Made by a program: the position numbers and the translations under genes. The notes below the pieces were generated by a model that was not told where the DNA came from, did no database searches, and saw nothing but the letters and a program-made list of their open reading frames with translations. DNA of 64,000 nt from Marsupella aquatica (Eukaryota; Plantae; Marchantiophyta): contig OZ316896.1 of the NCBI GenBank assembly GCA_973895155.1, positions 19,022,754 to 19,086,753 of the forward strand, given 5' to 3'. Shown piece by piece: positions 36,577 through 50,953 of this stretch. Numbering within the stretch: the stretch's first letter is position 1; every line of letters begins with the position of its first letter.

Positions 36577-38829
36577 TGCCATGAGAGCATAAGAAGCCTG
36601 GATGACTGTAAGACATCCCTTCTCCCCTTTTTCTCATACCGAGTTAGCACTTATTATGCACTTTGTGAGTGACAAAAAAGGTGCTAATTTTATAAGTGTA
36701 CATGAACACTTATTTTTAAGTGCACAATCTCATTGATGAGTGCATGGCATTTTTCTGTAAAGTTAAAATTGCACTTATGTGGTAAGGGGTCATGTTTAGG
36801 GCAAGGATCTACAATTTAGGTTGGAGTCACAAGAATGTTGAGGCACATTTGCATATAGAGGCACTGTGGATCTTATTACTAAATGCACAAGTCCATGTTT
36901 GGACACATATCACACAGTGCAAAGCCATGTGAAGTGCACACCGGAGACTTCTTCCTAGGAGTGTACACTTGAAGAGAGATTGGCTGTAGTCAAAATCAAA
37001 AGCTACAATCTAAAATAAAGCCTCTAGACCGTGACATTGGGGGGCTAGCTTGGGGGGACACGGGGGGGGGGGGGGGGGGCGGGAGGCGGCAGCTGAAAAA
37101 GCGGATCACGAGCAGGATGAGTGATGCAACTGGCTTGAATGTACTCACCTCTGTTTGTGTTCAAAAGTCAGAACTGGCACAAAAGAATGGGCACCCCATC
37201 TAATTGCCACTACTTTTCATCTAAATGCATATTTTGTTTTTTTAGTTTAACCAGTATTACTATATTGTCATATGTTTCCATTGTAGTTTTCATTAGTAGC
37301 TTGGAGGAGTCTGGTGAGGATGCTATGTCTTAGGGGTTGTAATGGCTGCTAACTCTGAATGAGAAGTGGGAAAACATTGTTCAAGGGTCAACAACCCTAC
37401 AAGTCTCATGCACATTAGAGTAAGCAAAAAATACACAAGTTGACTATGTGCTATTGGATGACCAGAGGATTGTAGATTGGAATAATGGGACTGGCCATGA
37501 TCCCTACTCTGACTATCAATCTTGCCAAAATTAGAGCTTAATCTATTCTGGGGGGTCTCACTTCCGCAAGAGTGACACATTTAGCACATATCACTCTATC
37601 CATTATATGTATATTTTGCTTTGTTCACTTTTAGGCCTCTAAATGTTCACTTTTGGTCTCTAAATATACACTTTTAATCTCCAAAATGTACTATAGTATA
37701 ATACTCTACACCTAAATGGTCAATTACAAACTTGAGGGGGTAAAAAGGATCTTTACTAGAAGTAGTCTAATCCTAGTTCATTTACAAATGATGATATAAC
37801 ATGGAGCATGTAAGTCTTATAGCCATCACCCTTGTTACTTGCTCAAATGTATTTTTTTGAAAGCCAATTGTTCATGAATCAGATAAGAATACACTTTTAA
37901 TGAGTAGATTGATACATGTGACAAAGCATAATTAGCCAGGTTTCTAAGAAAAGGTTTAAACAAAATTGTGTGAGAAGATTAATTAATATCTTTTAAATCC
38001 AATTATGTCTAGATTCTTAGATCAACTTGTAAGAAAAATTGGGCTTTTAATTTACCAACTTTTGAAAATTATCTATTGTGCATTCTTATCCATAAATGCC
38101 CTGAAAATTATGAAAAGAACAGTCATGAAATACATTTAACCACCACTGTCCACCATTGTTGGGGAGGACAAAATAGTGGATTTTTAACTTTCTTATGAAG
38201 ATTGTTGACTAATTTTGGCAGCCTGGATCCATCAGGTTTTGCTTTGGGGACAGTGGTGGGACGTTTAAGCGCCATTGTCCATGTCCACGACAAAACCTGG
38301 ATCCACCAGGTTTCACCATTTTTGGTATCTTTTTTCCTGAAATTGTGGAACAAAATCTCACTACCCGGAGGAGACGAATGTGAAAAAGAGAGTAGTCTTG
38401 GACACTTCTCCTTTTATATGGCCAGTGGTGGTTTAAGGAGGAGCCATTTCTCTGTTTGGTTTGAAACTAAATTAGAAATCTTAGTTCAACACTTAAATGG
38501 CAGTTGTCCCCATCTTGTCAAAAAACATATGCTAGGAGTATTCTTTATCTGATTTTCCTGAATTAGTTTTTGACCATTAGATCTCCCTAGATTTTATGGA
38601 TGGCCGTTACTTTTTGGATAATGGATCGGAGTCTACGGCTAGGTGGCAAAAGTTTTTTTTGAGAGGTGGAATCTAGCTTAAGGTAAGGTCTTCCAAGAGG
38701 GATTCCAAAATATGCAGACCTGGATCCACCAGGTTTTGCCTCAGGGACAATGTTGGCTGAAAGGATTGTAAAGGATTAATTCCCTCTTGGAAGACCTTAC
38801 CTTACTCTGTACACTTATTTTCCGTTTGT

Positions 38830-39450
38830 AATTATTTATTGGAAGTGGTACTGTTGTTCCTTGCTTCCTTCAAACCTGGTCTCCATCATGGGATAGTGGC
38901 AAAACCATTGTGTGTTGCAGTTCTGATTGCAGCCATATTGTTCTTGTGGAAATGTTCTTGCTGCACATATGTTGTCGTTGTGGCTATGTTGTGGTTGCAG
39001 AAGTGTTTTCTTTGCAGTGTTCTTGTTGTTGTGGAACTGTTGTTGTTGCCAGTGTGTCATGGGTACAAAAGCATAATCATTGTAGCCATGTTCACTTGTT
39101 GTTGCAAAATATTAGTACACCTTTGTCATAAATTGTTGTGGCCATATTATTGTTGCAGAAGTTTTCTCATTGCCGTTGTGTAATTGTTGCACCCATGTTG
39201 TGGCTGCAGAACTGTTGTTGTTGCGGCCCCCTATAATTGCAAAAATATTGTCATCCCATTAGTAATTATTGCCATGTTGTGGTTATCTCAGCATTGTCAT
39301 TGCAGCCATGTGGTTGTTGTGGCCATGTTATTGTGGCAGAAGTCTTCTTGTTTTGCCCTGGGTTGTGGTTGAGGCTGTGTTGTAGTTGTGGTCATATCCT
39401 TTTGCAAAAATGTTGTCATTGCATGAAATCTGTGTTCACTTGTTGACACA
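38830..39450. repeat. Low-complexity TTG/TGT-rich degenerate repeat
   Basis: Recurring GCCATGTTGTGG/TTGTTGCAG motifs. Confidence 0.7.
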
Positions 39451-40607
39451 GAAGTATATGACAGAAGGTGCAAATGGGTGGGGAGAGTTGGGGCGAGAGA
39501 TTTGGCAAGAATTGGGTTGAAATGGTTTTACTTTGGATCTTCAAGATGACCAAATTAATGATGCATGCAAATTATCAGGTGCTGGACAGGAAAGGTTTTA
39601 AGAATTAACCCTTCTTACTCCTGCCTTTCCAGTCTTGTCCTTTTCTCCCTTATTTTCTTTTTACCTTTTTCAGTTTTTCCCCTTGCAGGTCCCCTTGCAT
39701 TAATTCAGGTCACCTTTACCTTAATTATAATAAAGCCAGCAGGGGGAAAGAAAAACAACTGCCCACCTCCCTTCTCTACCCAGGAGAGTTATCCCCACTT
39801 CAGCATTGTTTTTCTTCATGCTTAGTTTGCGTTTCAGTTAAAAACACTTTTGAGGCACAAATGAAGAGGGCAACTACTGCTCACAAGTGGAGGCACCCAA
39901 TCAAGTTATCAGCCATTTTGATAGAACAGTATGTGCCAGCCAACAGCAACACTTTTTCTTACGAGGCTCAACACCAAAGATATATTACTGTGGACAATAT
40001 TTAGGGTTTAGTATGGATACAATTTATGATAATACTCTGGACAATGTTGCGCACAAGAGTGCCCACAATATGATTTGGGGCCATTTTCAGCCCCATCACA
40101 ACTTAAGTGCAGCCAATGAAATGCTCACAGAAAGTTGCAGAGCAAGGACTGTGGTTGCTCTTCTCTAATTGTTGTCAGTCGTCTGCTAACATTGCTTCCC
40201 CCTTACATGGCCACAATTAGTTCGTGGACCCCTTGGCTAATTGAGAAGTCTGTTTTTCTCATTGCTTTTCTCAACAACAAACCCTAAGCTTTCTAGTAGC
40301 TGAGTCATGTTTGTAGAAGATGTGTCGCCCGATTTGTCAATGTACTTTCAAATAATTGGAAATTCTGGAGATTTCACTCCAGGCCAACTTTGGCAAGTTT
40401 TGAATTAGAGGTTAATACCCTCATCACCTTGACGCAACTATTCACCAAATGGAGAAGGGCAGAGCTTAAGCTTAGAGAAGAGAGAAGTTTGATTAGGAAG
40501 GGAAGTTGGTAGTCATGTTGTGTTGGACAAGTATGACAGATTTTACAATTTGTATTGTTTGGATTAGATTTTCTCACAAAATCATTGTGGACCCATTCAG
40601 CAATTCA

Positions 40608-40957
40608 GAGAGTCAGAATTCAATCCGTGGCAAGTTCATTTGAAATTAGATGAATGTCTGATCAAATGAAATGTATTAGTTCGTGGAGTTCAAGTTTGGA
40701 CCATAGCTGGCAGTTTGACATTCCTTCAACTGCCGTAGGAATAATTTGCTTTGTAGGTTGGATGGTTTGAACTCCACAAACTGATACAATTCATTTGATC
40801 AGACATTCATTTAATTTCAAATGAACTTGAACTCCACGGATCAAGCTAAGAGTCAAAATTCAATCCGTGGCAAGTGTATTTGAAACCAGATCAATGTCTG
40901 TTTGATCAAATAAATTGTATCAGTTCATTGAGTTCAAGTTCAGACCATAGCTAGCAC
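40608..40957. repeat. Three copies of a ~90-100 bp unit in direct/inverted/direct arrangement
   Basis: ~40608-40712 forward, ~40760-40840 reverse complement, ~40848-40957 forward. Confidence 0.85.
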
Positions 40958-42181
40958 TTTACCTTAATTTTAAAGGGTCAGAAATTCACTTTACCTTAAT
41001 TTTAAAGGGTCAGAAATTTTACTTCAGGTGCCAATTACTCTTTAACAAAAAAGTTATCAAGTTAATTATTAGTCATTATTTATTATATAAAAAATATTTT
41101 TTAAATCTTTGAATTTAAGTTTTAAAATTGAATATGTAACTAAAATGGTTACATAGTGACATTTTAAAACTGTTTTGCTCTTTGCATTTCTAAGTTTTAA
41201 CCTTTTTTTTTTACAACATGACATCCCAAAATTTACATCCAAATTGACACAAACATGTATGAAAATTATACATTTGATTTATAAATTTTTTATAAAATTG
41301 ATGAGTCTTATTTATTACGGTTGTTATTGATGTGGCACATTATGGTGCCAGGAATTTTGGAAAAGACCTCTCATGGGGTCCGTAATGAGGTATCAGCAAC
41401 ATTTGTGATACTGTAGCGATCATCTGCTCGTTTACTTAGGGGGCACGTCCTTCATATGTTGAAAGCCGCTGATGTGGGGAGTCGTGAAGGTTAAATCTGA
41501 ATGAATAATTGTATGCCATGAATATATTATATCCGCTATCTGAGTAGGAAAAATAGATTCTCAAGTGAGCAAATAGTTAAATGAGACTTCTGACTGGTGA
41601 AGGTCCTCAATAAAGGAGCAGATGACCTTCAAGGTCCTTGTTACATCGGGCATAGGCTCGGACAGCGGATCTAAGGTGATGGAGAGGGAGGACAATAAGA
41701 CTGGACTGAGGGAGAGGATTCCAGCAATACTTATCCAGCAGTAATAATCACTCCAGTCTGTTAAGCATATAAAACCACCTAACCAGTAGACCAGCTTTGC
41801 TAGAACAGAACAACAAAGACTATGAACCGATAGAGCTCACCTCATACGAAATGATTAGGGACATGTGGGTGATTGTCCAGACAAGAAAGTGAGGCACCCA
41901 TTCAAGGCTCTGTAACTATTTAGAGTCTTCAACAGAAAGAATCATCAGTCAAATTTAATATACTGGATTAGTAATATCCCAAGTACTACATTGAATCCCT
42001 AGTACCATATTCCAAAACGTTCACACAGAAAATTGAGGAACGTCTTCCAGAAAAACCCAGAGAGAAGTTCCGCATTGATTTTAACCTCCCAATTATGAAG
42101 TTAAAAAAGAACAATCATTTCGTAGTATACACTTTATCAACGTTGGTGTGGATAAGGGTTAGATCTAACCCCCAATTTACT

Positions 42182-45100
42182 TTATCTGTTACTACTGTTA
42201 ATTGAACTAACCTCGGGCCTCAAATCAACCCACTTTGTTGGTTTAGCTGGAAGTGATGTTTTGAAAGGCTTCTGAGGAGTGGAGTCGCAGGATGTTGGAC
42301 TAGAAGAATTGGGCGACATGATTGTCATTGGAGATCCAAGCCTGATTCGCCGCGCCTTCAAACCCATCAGACGTGCCACTTCTTGAACTCCTCCCCACTT
42401 TTCCAAAGCTCGACCCACATCAGCTCGTCCTGCAACCAAAACGTCAGGATGACTCAAGTTTTCCCAAAGGAGTGACTAAGACCAATATCATCATATAAAT
42501 ACCATCCAACCAAGTAGGAGGAACAGCGGTACAATAATGGTACAACCAAAACCATTACGGGCCTGTGTATGACTGGATAGGATAAAAAGATCTAAGCTGA
42601 ATGATGTATATAATACAGGCCTGGAACGAGTGAAGTGACAGACCGTGATGCATAGCCTAAGAGTGACTTCCATATGGAATATCTACTATCAGCATCTAAC
42701 AAGTTTGGAAAGTATACACACCAGCCTTGTTCAATGCACTTCTGGTTGGCATGTGGGTACTATCCATTCCGCTTTCCTTCTGGAACAGCGATATCTGTAA
42801 GAGAATAATCCCATGAGCAAGTTAGTTCATATTTCTATCCCCGTTCTGTGATAGATTTTACATGTAATTTCATGAGGCCAAAAATCTATCACCTCAAATA
42901 CCACATTCTACAGGGTATCATTGACAGAATGCCCTAAGCTACCAGCTCTGTGAGCTTTGGTACCACTGGCCACAATCGGGAGTGGATCAAGAACAAGAAT
43001 CCACACGACATTTCTCACCTCTTGGCAAAGATTTTGAAAATTGTCCCAGTAACCTCGAGGTCGGCGCTGTTGAGAAAGTTTCAGTCGTGAAGCAACAACG
43101 CTAAATCCCCCGGCCCGAGCAATGGCCTTCTCCAGATCCACTCTTTTACGTTCACGCAACTCACTTCTCATAGGCATGTATCCTTCGCGACCGTATTCTA
43201 AAATGAAATCAAGCAATTCCTTTTCCAAAACTCTAAAATCCTTTTGCAAGCCTGGAATTCGAAATCTCTTTCCACCAACTTTAGAATTCAACGAATCATG
43301 TGAACTTGAATGTCGAGGCAACTTTGTTTCCCCTGTCCCTGTGTGCACTTCTTGGCCACCATCGGAATTCCTATTCTTTAGCTCCACATGATCCCTTATA
43401 GCACAAAGATTTGTGGGGAGATCTACATAGATAACCTGCGAAGCCATAATCGAAAGCACAGAAGAGAATCACGACCATCGAAACGTTCATCTCACAACCA
43501 CGTTTCTCTCGAATTCAATCGTATTGGTGAATCGAATATATTTCTTTCTCACTTTATCTCCATCCCGTATATCGAAGTTTGGATCACCAAGAATGCAACA
43601 TGATATTTAAGTCTCTCTAGTTGGGTCTCCCTCGGAAGAGAGCTTTAAAATCGACTAAATTCAGAACCAGTTAGCGTAACCCATGGGTTCCAATAATGCA
43701 GTCAGGTAACAAGGGCCCGCAATCTAGATGTACACTGGTCAATACAACTAAATCCTTGCAGGAAATTGCGTCTTGCCGTATACATACCTCCTCTACCATA
43801 GCTTCAGCCAGGATACAGTGCTTGTGCATCTTGACGTCTGCCACGTATTTCAACAAAGTATGTTGTGAACCGAGCGGTTCCAATGTCCACTTCCCTTGAA
43901 AGGAGTTAAAGTCACCCTCCACTTGCTGGAATATAATTTCTTCCTCTGGCTTTTCCCATATATCAAGCACAACACAGACATGCAGAACCATGTACAGCAT
44001 GCACTTGCAACCCTCCTATAACGGAAAGGGTACATGAAAAAAAAGCAATCCCATTGTTAATACAATTAGACAGGCTTGAAATAATGTTGGTTAGCACAGA
44101 GGCTGGCATTTTAAAAGTTTACCCTACACTAAAGGACCAAACAAGTTAAAAAATAGGCCTGACTACTGGGTGGAGATCATAGGGGGAAAACGTGGGAGAC
44201 TGCAACTTCCTCTTAAAACCGGTAGATCTAGACTGGAGTACGTTTCATCGAAATGAGGGTTTCTCAGCACAACCAACTATACGCCAACTCAAACCCGAAA
44301 ATGGGAATGTCAATCCTGCTATAGCACTGACTAACAAGTAATCCCATACAATTTACAAGTTAGTACAATCCGTTAAGGAATCCGCTTCCTCCTTTTCTAA
44401 AACAAACACAAAATACAGAACTGGGCAAGGAGTTTAAGACCTGCATAAGCTGCACTCGGTTCCTGTCTCGTGAGATTATCTTGCTCCTCGCCAGATTGGG
44501 GATAAAACTGCCTACAAATGCATGCCACCAATGTAAGGAGAGCCAACTAGTTCCAAATTGACTCTGACAAGTAACTCGTTCGTTGAATTGTTCATATTTT
44601 GACTTTCTATCCACAACACTATAATGCACACATTCATGATAGCAGAAAAACTTATCTTGCATCACACCTCGTAGAAGAAAACATTATAGAGCTATTCAAC
44701 AATAAATCAGAAGCAATAGAGGTGTAACTCAGATAGTCGCTCGTAATCCGTTAGCACATTCCAGACATCTCGAATCGGAGACTCCACAGTGATAGTAGCT
44801 ACAACGCGGCGATGGACCCCTCCAAACTCCTGCAAAAAAAATACAAATTAAGGACTTCGAGGTGCCGGTCTGAAAATAATTGCTTCCAATGCCCAGACCA
44901 CACTCTTACCTAACACAATACCTAGTGGATGGCACATAAGTTTCCTCACTTCCATTCGTACAACTCGCTTCCACAGGAGACCGAGTTGTGAACATCCTCA
45001 ACAAGTATGGATTGGGAACATTATATGCCCTTATAAGGTAAGTGCTTGACAATGAAATTCCTGTCGTTTAACTACTACCTCCATAAAAAATGGTTGACAC

Positions 45101-47300
45101 TCAGGACCCAAATGAAATTGTTCAAATCACACAAGAGTTAACTCCCCACAAGCCCACTTGAACCTTACAAGGAGGTCATCCAGACGTCTGAGATGAACTT
45201 CATCCACAACACAAGGTCGTCCCAATTGACACGCTTTCTTCCCACCCAACATCTTGTCGCCTGCATGTCACACAACCACTAAACCCTTCGAGTCTTTTCC
45301 TTGTAGTCACATGAATTCACAGAGAAGAAGAGGAAGAGGTACGTACTACTTTTGACGATAGACACAAGAACTGATTATTAAGTTGAGGTCCCTGATGAAC
45401 AATATCCTACTCAAACGGTCAATGAGAAGACCCTTCTGCTTCTGACGTCAATTGATTAAAATGAGTCTTTTCAGCACCGCTTTTTGTTTAGGACGCTAAA
45501 ATTAGTGTTTGCCGCTTTAGTTGGTTTTAATGGTGGGGTTAGAAATTACCAAGCACGTTTCGAATGGGCACTGGCGCCGCTTGTTTTAGATAAAATTCAG
45601 AGGACTGCTTCAGATTCTTCCATTCGGAGGGATCCGTCTCTGCTCTTTGCACAAGAGCACTCAAATTGACAGGAAGATCGGCCCGAATAATTTTCTCCAC
45701 AAAAGCTGTTGGAAAAATAAGCTTTGGAGTAACATTGACATCATAGTACAACCTTGTAGTTCCGGGCCTGCGCTGACCAAACATGCATACGTATGATTGA
45801 AACATAGATAACATTCAAGTCACTAATATCACAACAAGAACTCATCAGACACAATTCAGGCAACGAGAACTCCCGGTGCGCGATTGGAGCAAAACATGCA
45901 CAACCCAGTCAAAGCTGTTTTCAATTTTCTTTGAACAGATGCGTCAAACTGCTGAAGTGAATCAACTGACAACCGTTAGCAAGATTCAGCCATTGCAAAC
46001 CATACCTTGGACCAGGTCGCAGATACCAACGCCCCTTGTACTCTTTGAAGTCACCATCCACCATAGAGAATCGAAGCTCCTTCCCATTCACCTTCATATC
46101 ACACAAAGCAACGTCAAAATTAAAGCACGTTGCAGATGTCGCCAATTTATGACGTACATCACAATTTTCAAGTTAAAATCGACGGATTGACAAATAGAAT
46201 GAATGAAAACATCCTTCAGTAATATCCTAGCCCAATCGATGGACCAACATGTGAGAAAATGAGAAAATTCAGGGTGGGGTGGGTAGACAACAGGAGTTAA
46301 AAAAATCCGCAATTTGATTGACAGAATTATACAATTGAAGCTGTGTCAACGATCGACGATTTTGTTACGAAGGTAAGTATCCACAAATAGTCGGAGCTGT
46401 GCCTTAGTCCGTTCAATACAGGGACCAGGTGAATAGCGATACAACCAACAAAAATAAAATTGAAACGAGTACATTTTTCTGCAACCACAACAGAATGTAC
46501 CAAACAAGCCGGAAGTATGAATAATATTACCGCATCAGGACACTCCTCCAGATCAAGCACAACATGGGCTTCGATGTGCCAATACAGGGCGCTTTGCACC
46601 CCTTGTTGCCGCAACCGTATTCGTCCAGGTGTTGGACTCGGGATCTTCTCACTGCTCATGAGCCAGCGACCAACTAACTCAGCGGAAAGATGATGCACAG
46701 AGCCAAAAGTACAGTGTTGTCGAGGGCATTACTCAACTTTAAATATGACTTCCTTCACGAAGTAAGTGCAAAGCAGAATGGGTGGACGAATTATATTGGA
46801 GGCAGTGCTAGCGGTAAACTAAATAAAATCGAGTCATCAGAAAGAGCTCGCAAAATCAGGATTACATACCTCCTGACAAGATTGGGAATGAACTCTGCTA
46901 AGCGTTCATAGTCGGTGAGAACTTCCCACATCCTCTCGTAAGTCGTCTCCGCACAGACATTCGCACTAATATGCCTTTCTCTCCATGACACTACCTCGAC
47001 CTCCACATCAACTTCCCGTTCAGCGAATGCTGATTGTAAGCTCCTGCTTCCCACCTCCCCACTCTGGTCATGTTCTACCTGAACTCTACCATGTGTGATC
47101 TTCTTCTTATGCAGACCATCCAATCTTCTCCTGATCCATCCCAAGCTTCTTCGTTCTGATACCGGTTCCAAACTCGTATGCCCTAAACTGTGACGTGTTC
47201 CCACTAGCTTGGGATTGCTCGCCGCCTCCAATCGTGAGCCCAAATCAATGTTCAAACGAACTCCCAGAAAGCTTTTATGGAGAAGAGCCATTTGTGACAT
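42182..47300 (-). CDS. Double SRPBCC/polyketide-cyclase-domain protein with C-terminal helical repeats (At5g08720-like), multi-exon
   Basis: Transit-peptide-like N-terminus. Peptides VEVVSWRERHISA..WEVLTDYERLAEFIPNL, ALYWHIEAHVVLDL, FSMVDGDFKEYKGRW, VDEVHLRRLDDLL, FQQVEGDFNSFQGKW, RPRGYWDNFQNL and RALEKWGGVQEVARLM lie in separate GT-AG exons. Confidence 0.92.
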
Positions 47301-48217
47301 TGCCCTCCGAGATCACCTCCTAACCCAACTATAAATCGCCGACAAATATTCGAACCCTGGATTTCCTCCTCTCACCGAAAGGATATGACAGTGACAACCG
47401 TACCTTTGCAGAATCCTCCATCTTAGTGTTCCCAATCCCCATTAATCCATTTTGGATACTTCCAATTTTCAATCAAAATAATTCTTCAGTTACTCTATAC
47501 AACTCTCCGTACGAATAAGTCATGCAATGAATTCCAGTTCCAGCGGATCCTGCTCTCAAATTTCTAGGAGACTGACGCAACAGCAGCTCTCTCATATTGT
47601 GCTCCGAATCCCCAGCTCGAAATCACGAAACTCAGCTAAATGCTGCTCCACCCCAAGAAAAACCTCAGGCCCTTGAAAGCACAACAGCATGAAACAGTTG
47701 AAGATTCACACATGCACCATGAAATGAAGGCTTTCTTAGATTCCAATCTTCACTGCTCAGGACACGGAGAGAAGTGCGATCATTCCATGTAAGCAGCTGG
47801 AATTGTAGGGAGATGCTCGCTACAACTGTACTAGTAAACGACATGAGAGGACCAGTGGCAGGTTATCAGGCAGGGAAGATTTCCCCCAGAGCTGATTCGT
47901 TGCCACCATAGAGCTCCATCCCTCGTGAAGAGGAGAGGCAGGAAAAGAGCCAGTAGCCGAACGCCAAGGGAGATTTAGAAGAAGAGATTTATCGAGTATC
48001 TCGCGTGGTGGGTACCACCTTGGGGGATGAATGTGGCATGGGGGACTTTAAGGCCCACTTTCACTTTTACGTCCCAATTTCTAGGCGATGTATTTGCTCG
48101 ATGGGTTGTAAAGAGTGGTATGGCGAGGAATATACAAGAATATACAATGTTTTTATGGCCGGTACAAAAAACCTTAGGGGTTACCTATGGATGACCAACA
48201 AAGAGCTTGCTTATGGC

Positions 48218-50084
48218 AGTGTTACTTGATGGGAACCATGAGTGATTGAAAGACCTTGATATACCTTAAATGAATGTATCCAAATGCTATGGGGTTGGCT
48301 GGGAGAAAATTTTGGTTTGGGGGCCCATCAAGCAAATATCACTTTTTAAGGCCCATAAAGCCCTCCTCTGAATTTTTGTAGACAAGAATGCCGTTTTGAC
48401 AGGGCATTGCCGAATAATATCCCAAACAACAAGAGAGCCTTTAATTAGCTTGAGTTTTGGGGGCTGGTAACAAGGGTCCTAAGAAATTTTAATTTTTACT
48501 ACTTTTAGTAGAAGTCGAGGAGATCTTCATAATGAGAGTATCCTTAGCTTGAGTGTACAAACTGAAAATTTACAAAAGTCCAAGAGTTCCCCCTTTTTCA
48601 CATTACACTCAAGTTTCTTCCCTCCAGTGCAGTCTACTTCATGATTTCAATGAAAAGTTATAGTTAGTGATGAAACCTGGCTGCTGGATCTAGGTTTTGT
48701 CATGGCTAGTGGAGGTTTATGTTTATGTTTTTGTATTTTGTAGTGAGTTTTTCTACTAATATTTTAGGATGGATAGCTCCACTGTGGAACCTATTATAGA
48801 GTAAAAACTCTATACCATGACTCTGGGTGGTGGCAAGTTTTGGGGTGAGGTGGGAAGACAACCACGGGCCGAAGGCAAAGCTTGGGCAGTGTGGCTAAAC
48901 CCTATAGGTGGCAAATATATGTCCTAAGGCTGAGGGCATATTTTCAGCTACCTAACATTCAAAAAATCTAGTACCCTAAAGCGGTTTCACATAAGCAATG
49001 GCCCTTAAAGACACTAGAGGGTTCATCCAGGACAATGCTCCTGTGAGAGGGCTTTTACATACACCTTCCCAACCCTAGAGATTTCTCTATGACACTAGAA
49101 AGAAAATTAGTTGTCTAATGTTTTTGCCACAAAGAAGAGATTTCTCTTTGACACTAGAAAGAAAATGAGTTGTCTAATGTTTTTGCCACAAAGAATCATT
49201 TTTATAGAACCCTACCTCAATGCAAATGTATTGCAGATTACTGCCAAGTGGAAGTGAGGTGGCCAGGCAGTTGAGCCCTGTGGGTAGTTGTTGGACTGGG
49301 AAACTCTAGTTTCAAGGATTGATAGGTGGGGCGTAGAAAAGGTGCATAGTAACACCTTTAGGTCCATGTCACTGTTGTAAAAAATTCGGAAAAACTGCCA
49401 CCACAATCAACCTACCATGGTGGCTTCCTGCGAGCGACATTTCTTAATCAAATCATGAGAAAAAAAACCAGGATTGCCTATTCTAGTACTGTACACTAAA
49501 GCTGTGGTGTATTTTCAAATACAGAAAGAGCAGTGGAGTAGATGTAATTACTGGGACGCCAAGGATCAATGTAATTTTTAAGGTTTTTTTTTTTTGCCAG
49601 GTGGTGCATGTCACCTTGTCTGAGAGAGAAGATGCTAGTAATATTCTTTGTCCTAAGTCTAGGGCAACAAATATTCTTACTATCTTCTCCTTCACATTAG
49701 CTAGAATCTAAAATAATACTTAAATATCTGGTTCTAGGAAATCATCTTTTTTTCCTAGACCATCTGATCTCCCTGTATTTAAGGATCACTGTTAGATTCC
49801 AGGGTCTATGGCTAGGCAAGAACGGGCAAATGGAAGACAAAAAATCTAGCCAATTTACAAGTTGCTAGGACTTTTCAGACATGTGGAATCTAGCCCAGTT
49901 TCACCAGTAAGAGAACAGCTAGGACTAGTGGAATTCTTCACAATAAATTGGAGAGATATATTTGATGGACCCCCAAAATGAAAAATGTTCCTTGATGGAC
50001 CCATGAGTGATCCACCTCTTCATGGACGATCAATCCATGTTACTAAACTCCCTTGGGACCTCATGGGGTCCATCAAGTAACACT
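48218..50084. mobile_element. Possible decayed TIR element
   Basis: AGTGTTACTTGATGGGAACCATGAG (48218) is an imperfect inverted repeat of CTCATGGGGTCCATCAAGTAACACT (50060-84). More GATGGACCC/GGGTCCATC copies at 49960-50135. No TSD established. Confidence 0.35.
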
Positions 50085-50244
50085 CTTAACTCTTAATTGC
50101 AGGGTCCATCTCATGGGGTCCATCAATTAACACTTTTAAATTTAGCCCAAAGTGGTTGTTCACTTGAGTTGAGATTGATAGGTCTAGAGTTCAAAGACTC
50201 ATAGGTCTAGAGTTCAAATGTAACCACTAACTTGTTCTCTTTCT

Positions 50245-50710
50245 GTGGGGTTTCACTGATTTCACTTTAAAAATTCTTCATTCTCGTTTTTGACTGGGGT
50301 TTCACGGATTTCACTTCAAAAATTCTTCATTCTCGTTTTTGACAGGAAATGTGTGGTTTCACGGATTTCATTTAAAAAAAATTAATTCTTCATTCGCGTT
50401 TGTGACCGGGATCAGAAGCAATTTGCATTTGACAGGAAACAGAAACTGGTGAAAGAAACCAGTGAGGGATCAGAAACCAGTGAGGGATCAGAAACCAGTG
50501 AGGGATCGAGAGAAGCAATTCGCATTTGACAGGAAACAGAAACTGGTGAAAGAGCGAGAGAAGCAATTCGCATTTGACGGGAAACAGAAACCAGTGAGAG
50601 AGCGAGAAAAGCAATTCGCATTTGACGGGAAACAGAAACCAGTGAGAGAGCGAGAAAAGCAATTCGCATTTGACGGGAAACAGAAACCAGTGAGAGAGCG
50701 AGAGAAGCAG
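50245..50710. repeat. Tandem arrays upstream of MZT1 (3 x ~47 bp, then 18-bp and 48-bp units)
   Basis: The 48-bp unit GAGCGAGAAAAGCAATTCGCATTTGACGGGAAACAGAAACCAGTGAGA is repeated 4-5 times. Confidence 0.9.
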
Positions 50711-50737
50711 TCCAGTGAAGTCCACATCGGTGCAGCG

Positions 50738-50953
50738 ATGGACGGAGTCGGGGTGGCGCGAGCAAGGGAGGCATTGGATGTGGTGCACGCGATGGCGTCG
50801 TTGATGGGAACAGGGTTGGATCGGCAATCGCTCGCCATTCTCATCGCCCTCTGCGAGCACGGAGTGAATCCAGAGGCGCTTGCTGCCGTGGTGAAGGAGC
50901 TCCGCCGAGAAGCTGCTGCTCTGGACGCTATGACCAACAGGACCAAACCCTAA
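50738..50953 (+). CDS. MZT1: Mitotic-spindle organizing protein 1 (MZT1/GIP), 71 aa
   Basis: AREALDVVHAMASLMGTGLDRQSLAILIALCEHGVNPEALAAVVKELRRE is the MOZART1 signature. Confidence 0.95.
   Translation: MDGVGVARAREALDVVHAMASLMGTGLDRQSLAILIALCEHGVNPEALAAVVKELRREAAALDAMTNRTKP

Noticed and set aside
37062-37084. Poly-G run
   Set aside because: Simple homopolymer with no further structure.
38836-39446. Cys/Val-rich ORFs
   Set aside because: Translations of low-complexity TTG/TGT repeats.
19947-47300. Squalene synthase + phosphatase + 'polyketide cyclase' as a biosynthetic gene cluster
   Set aside because: All are conserved housekeeping-type genes. No oxidosqualene cyclase, P450 or other tailoring enzyme is present.
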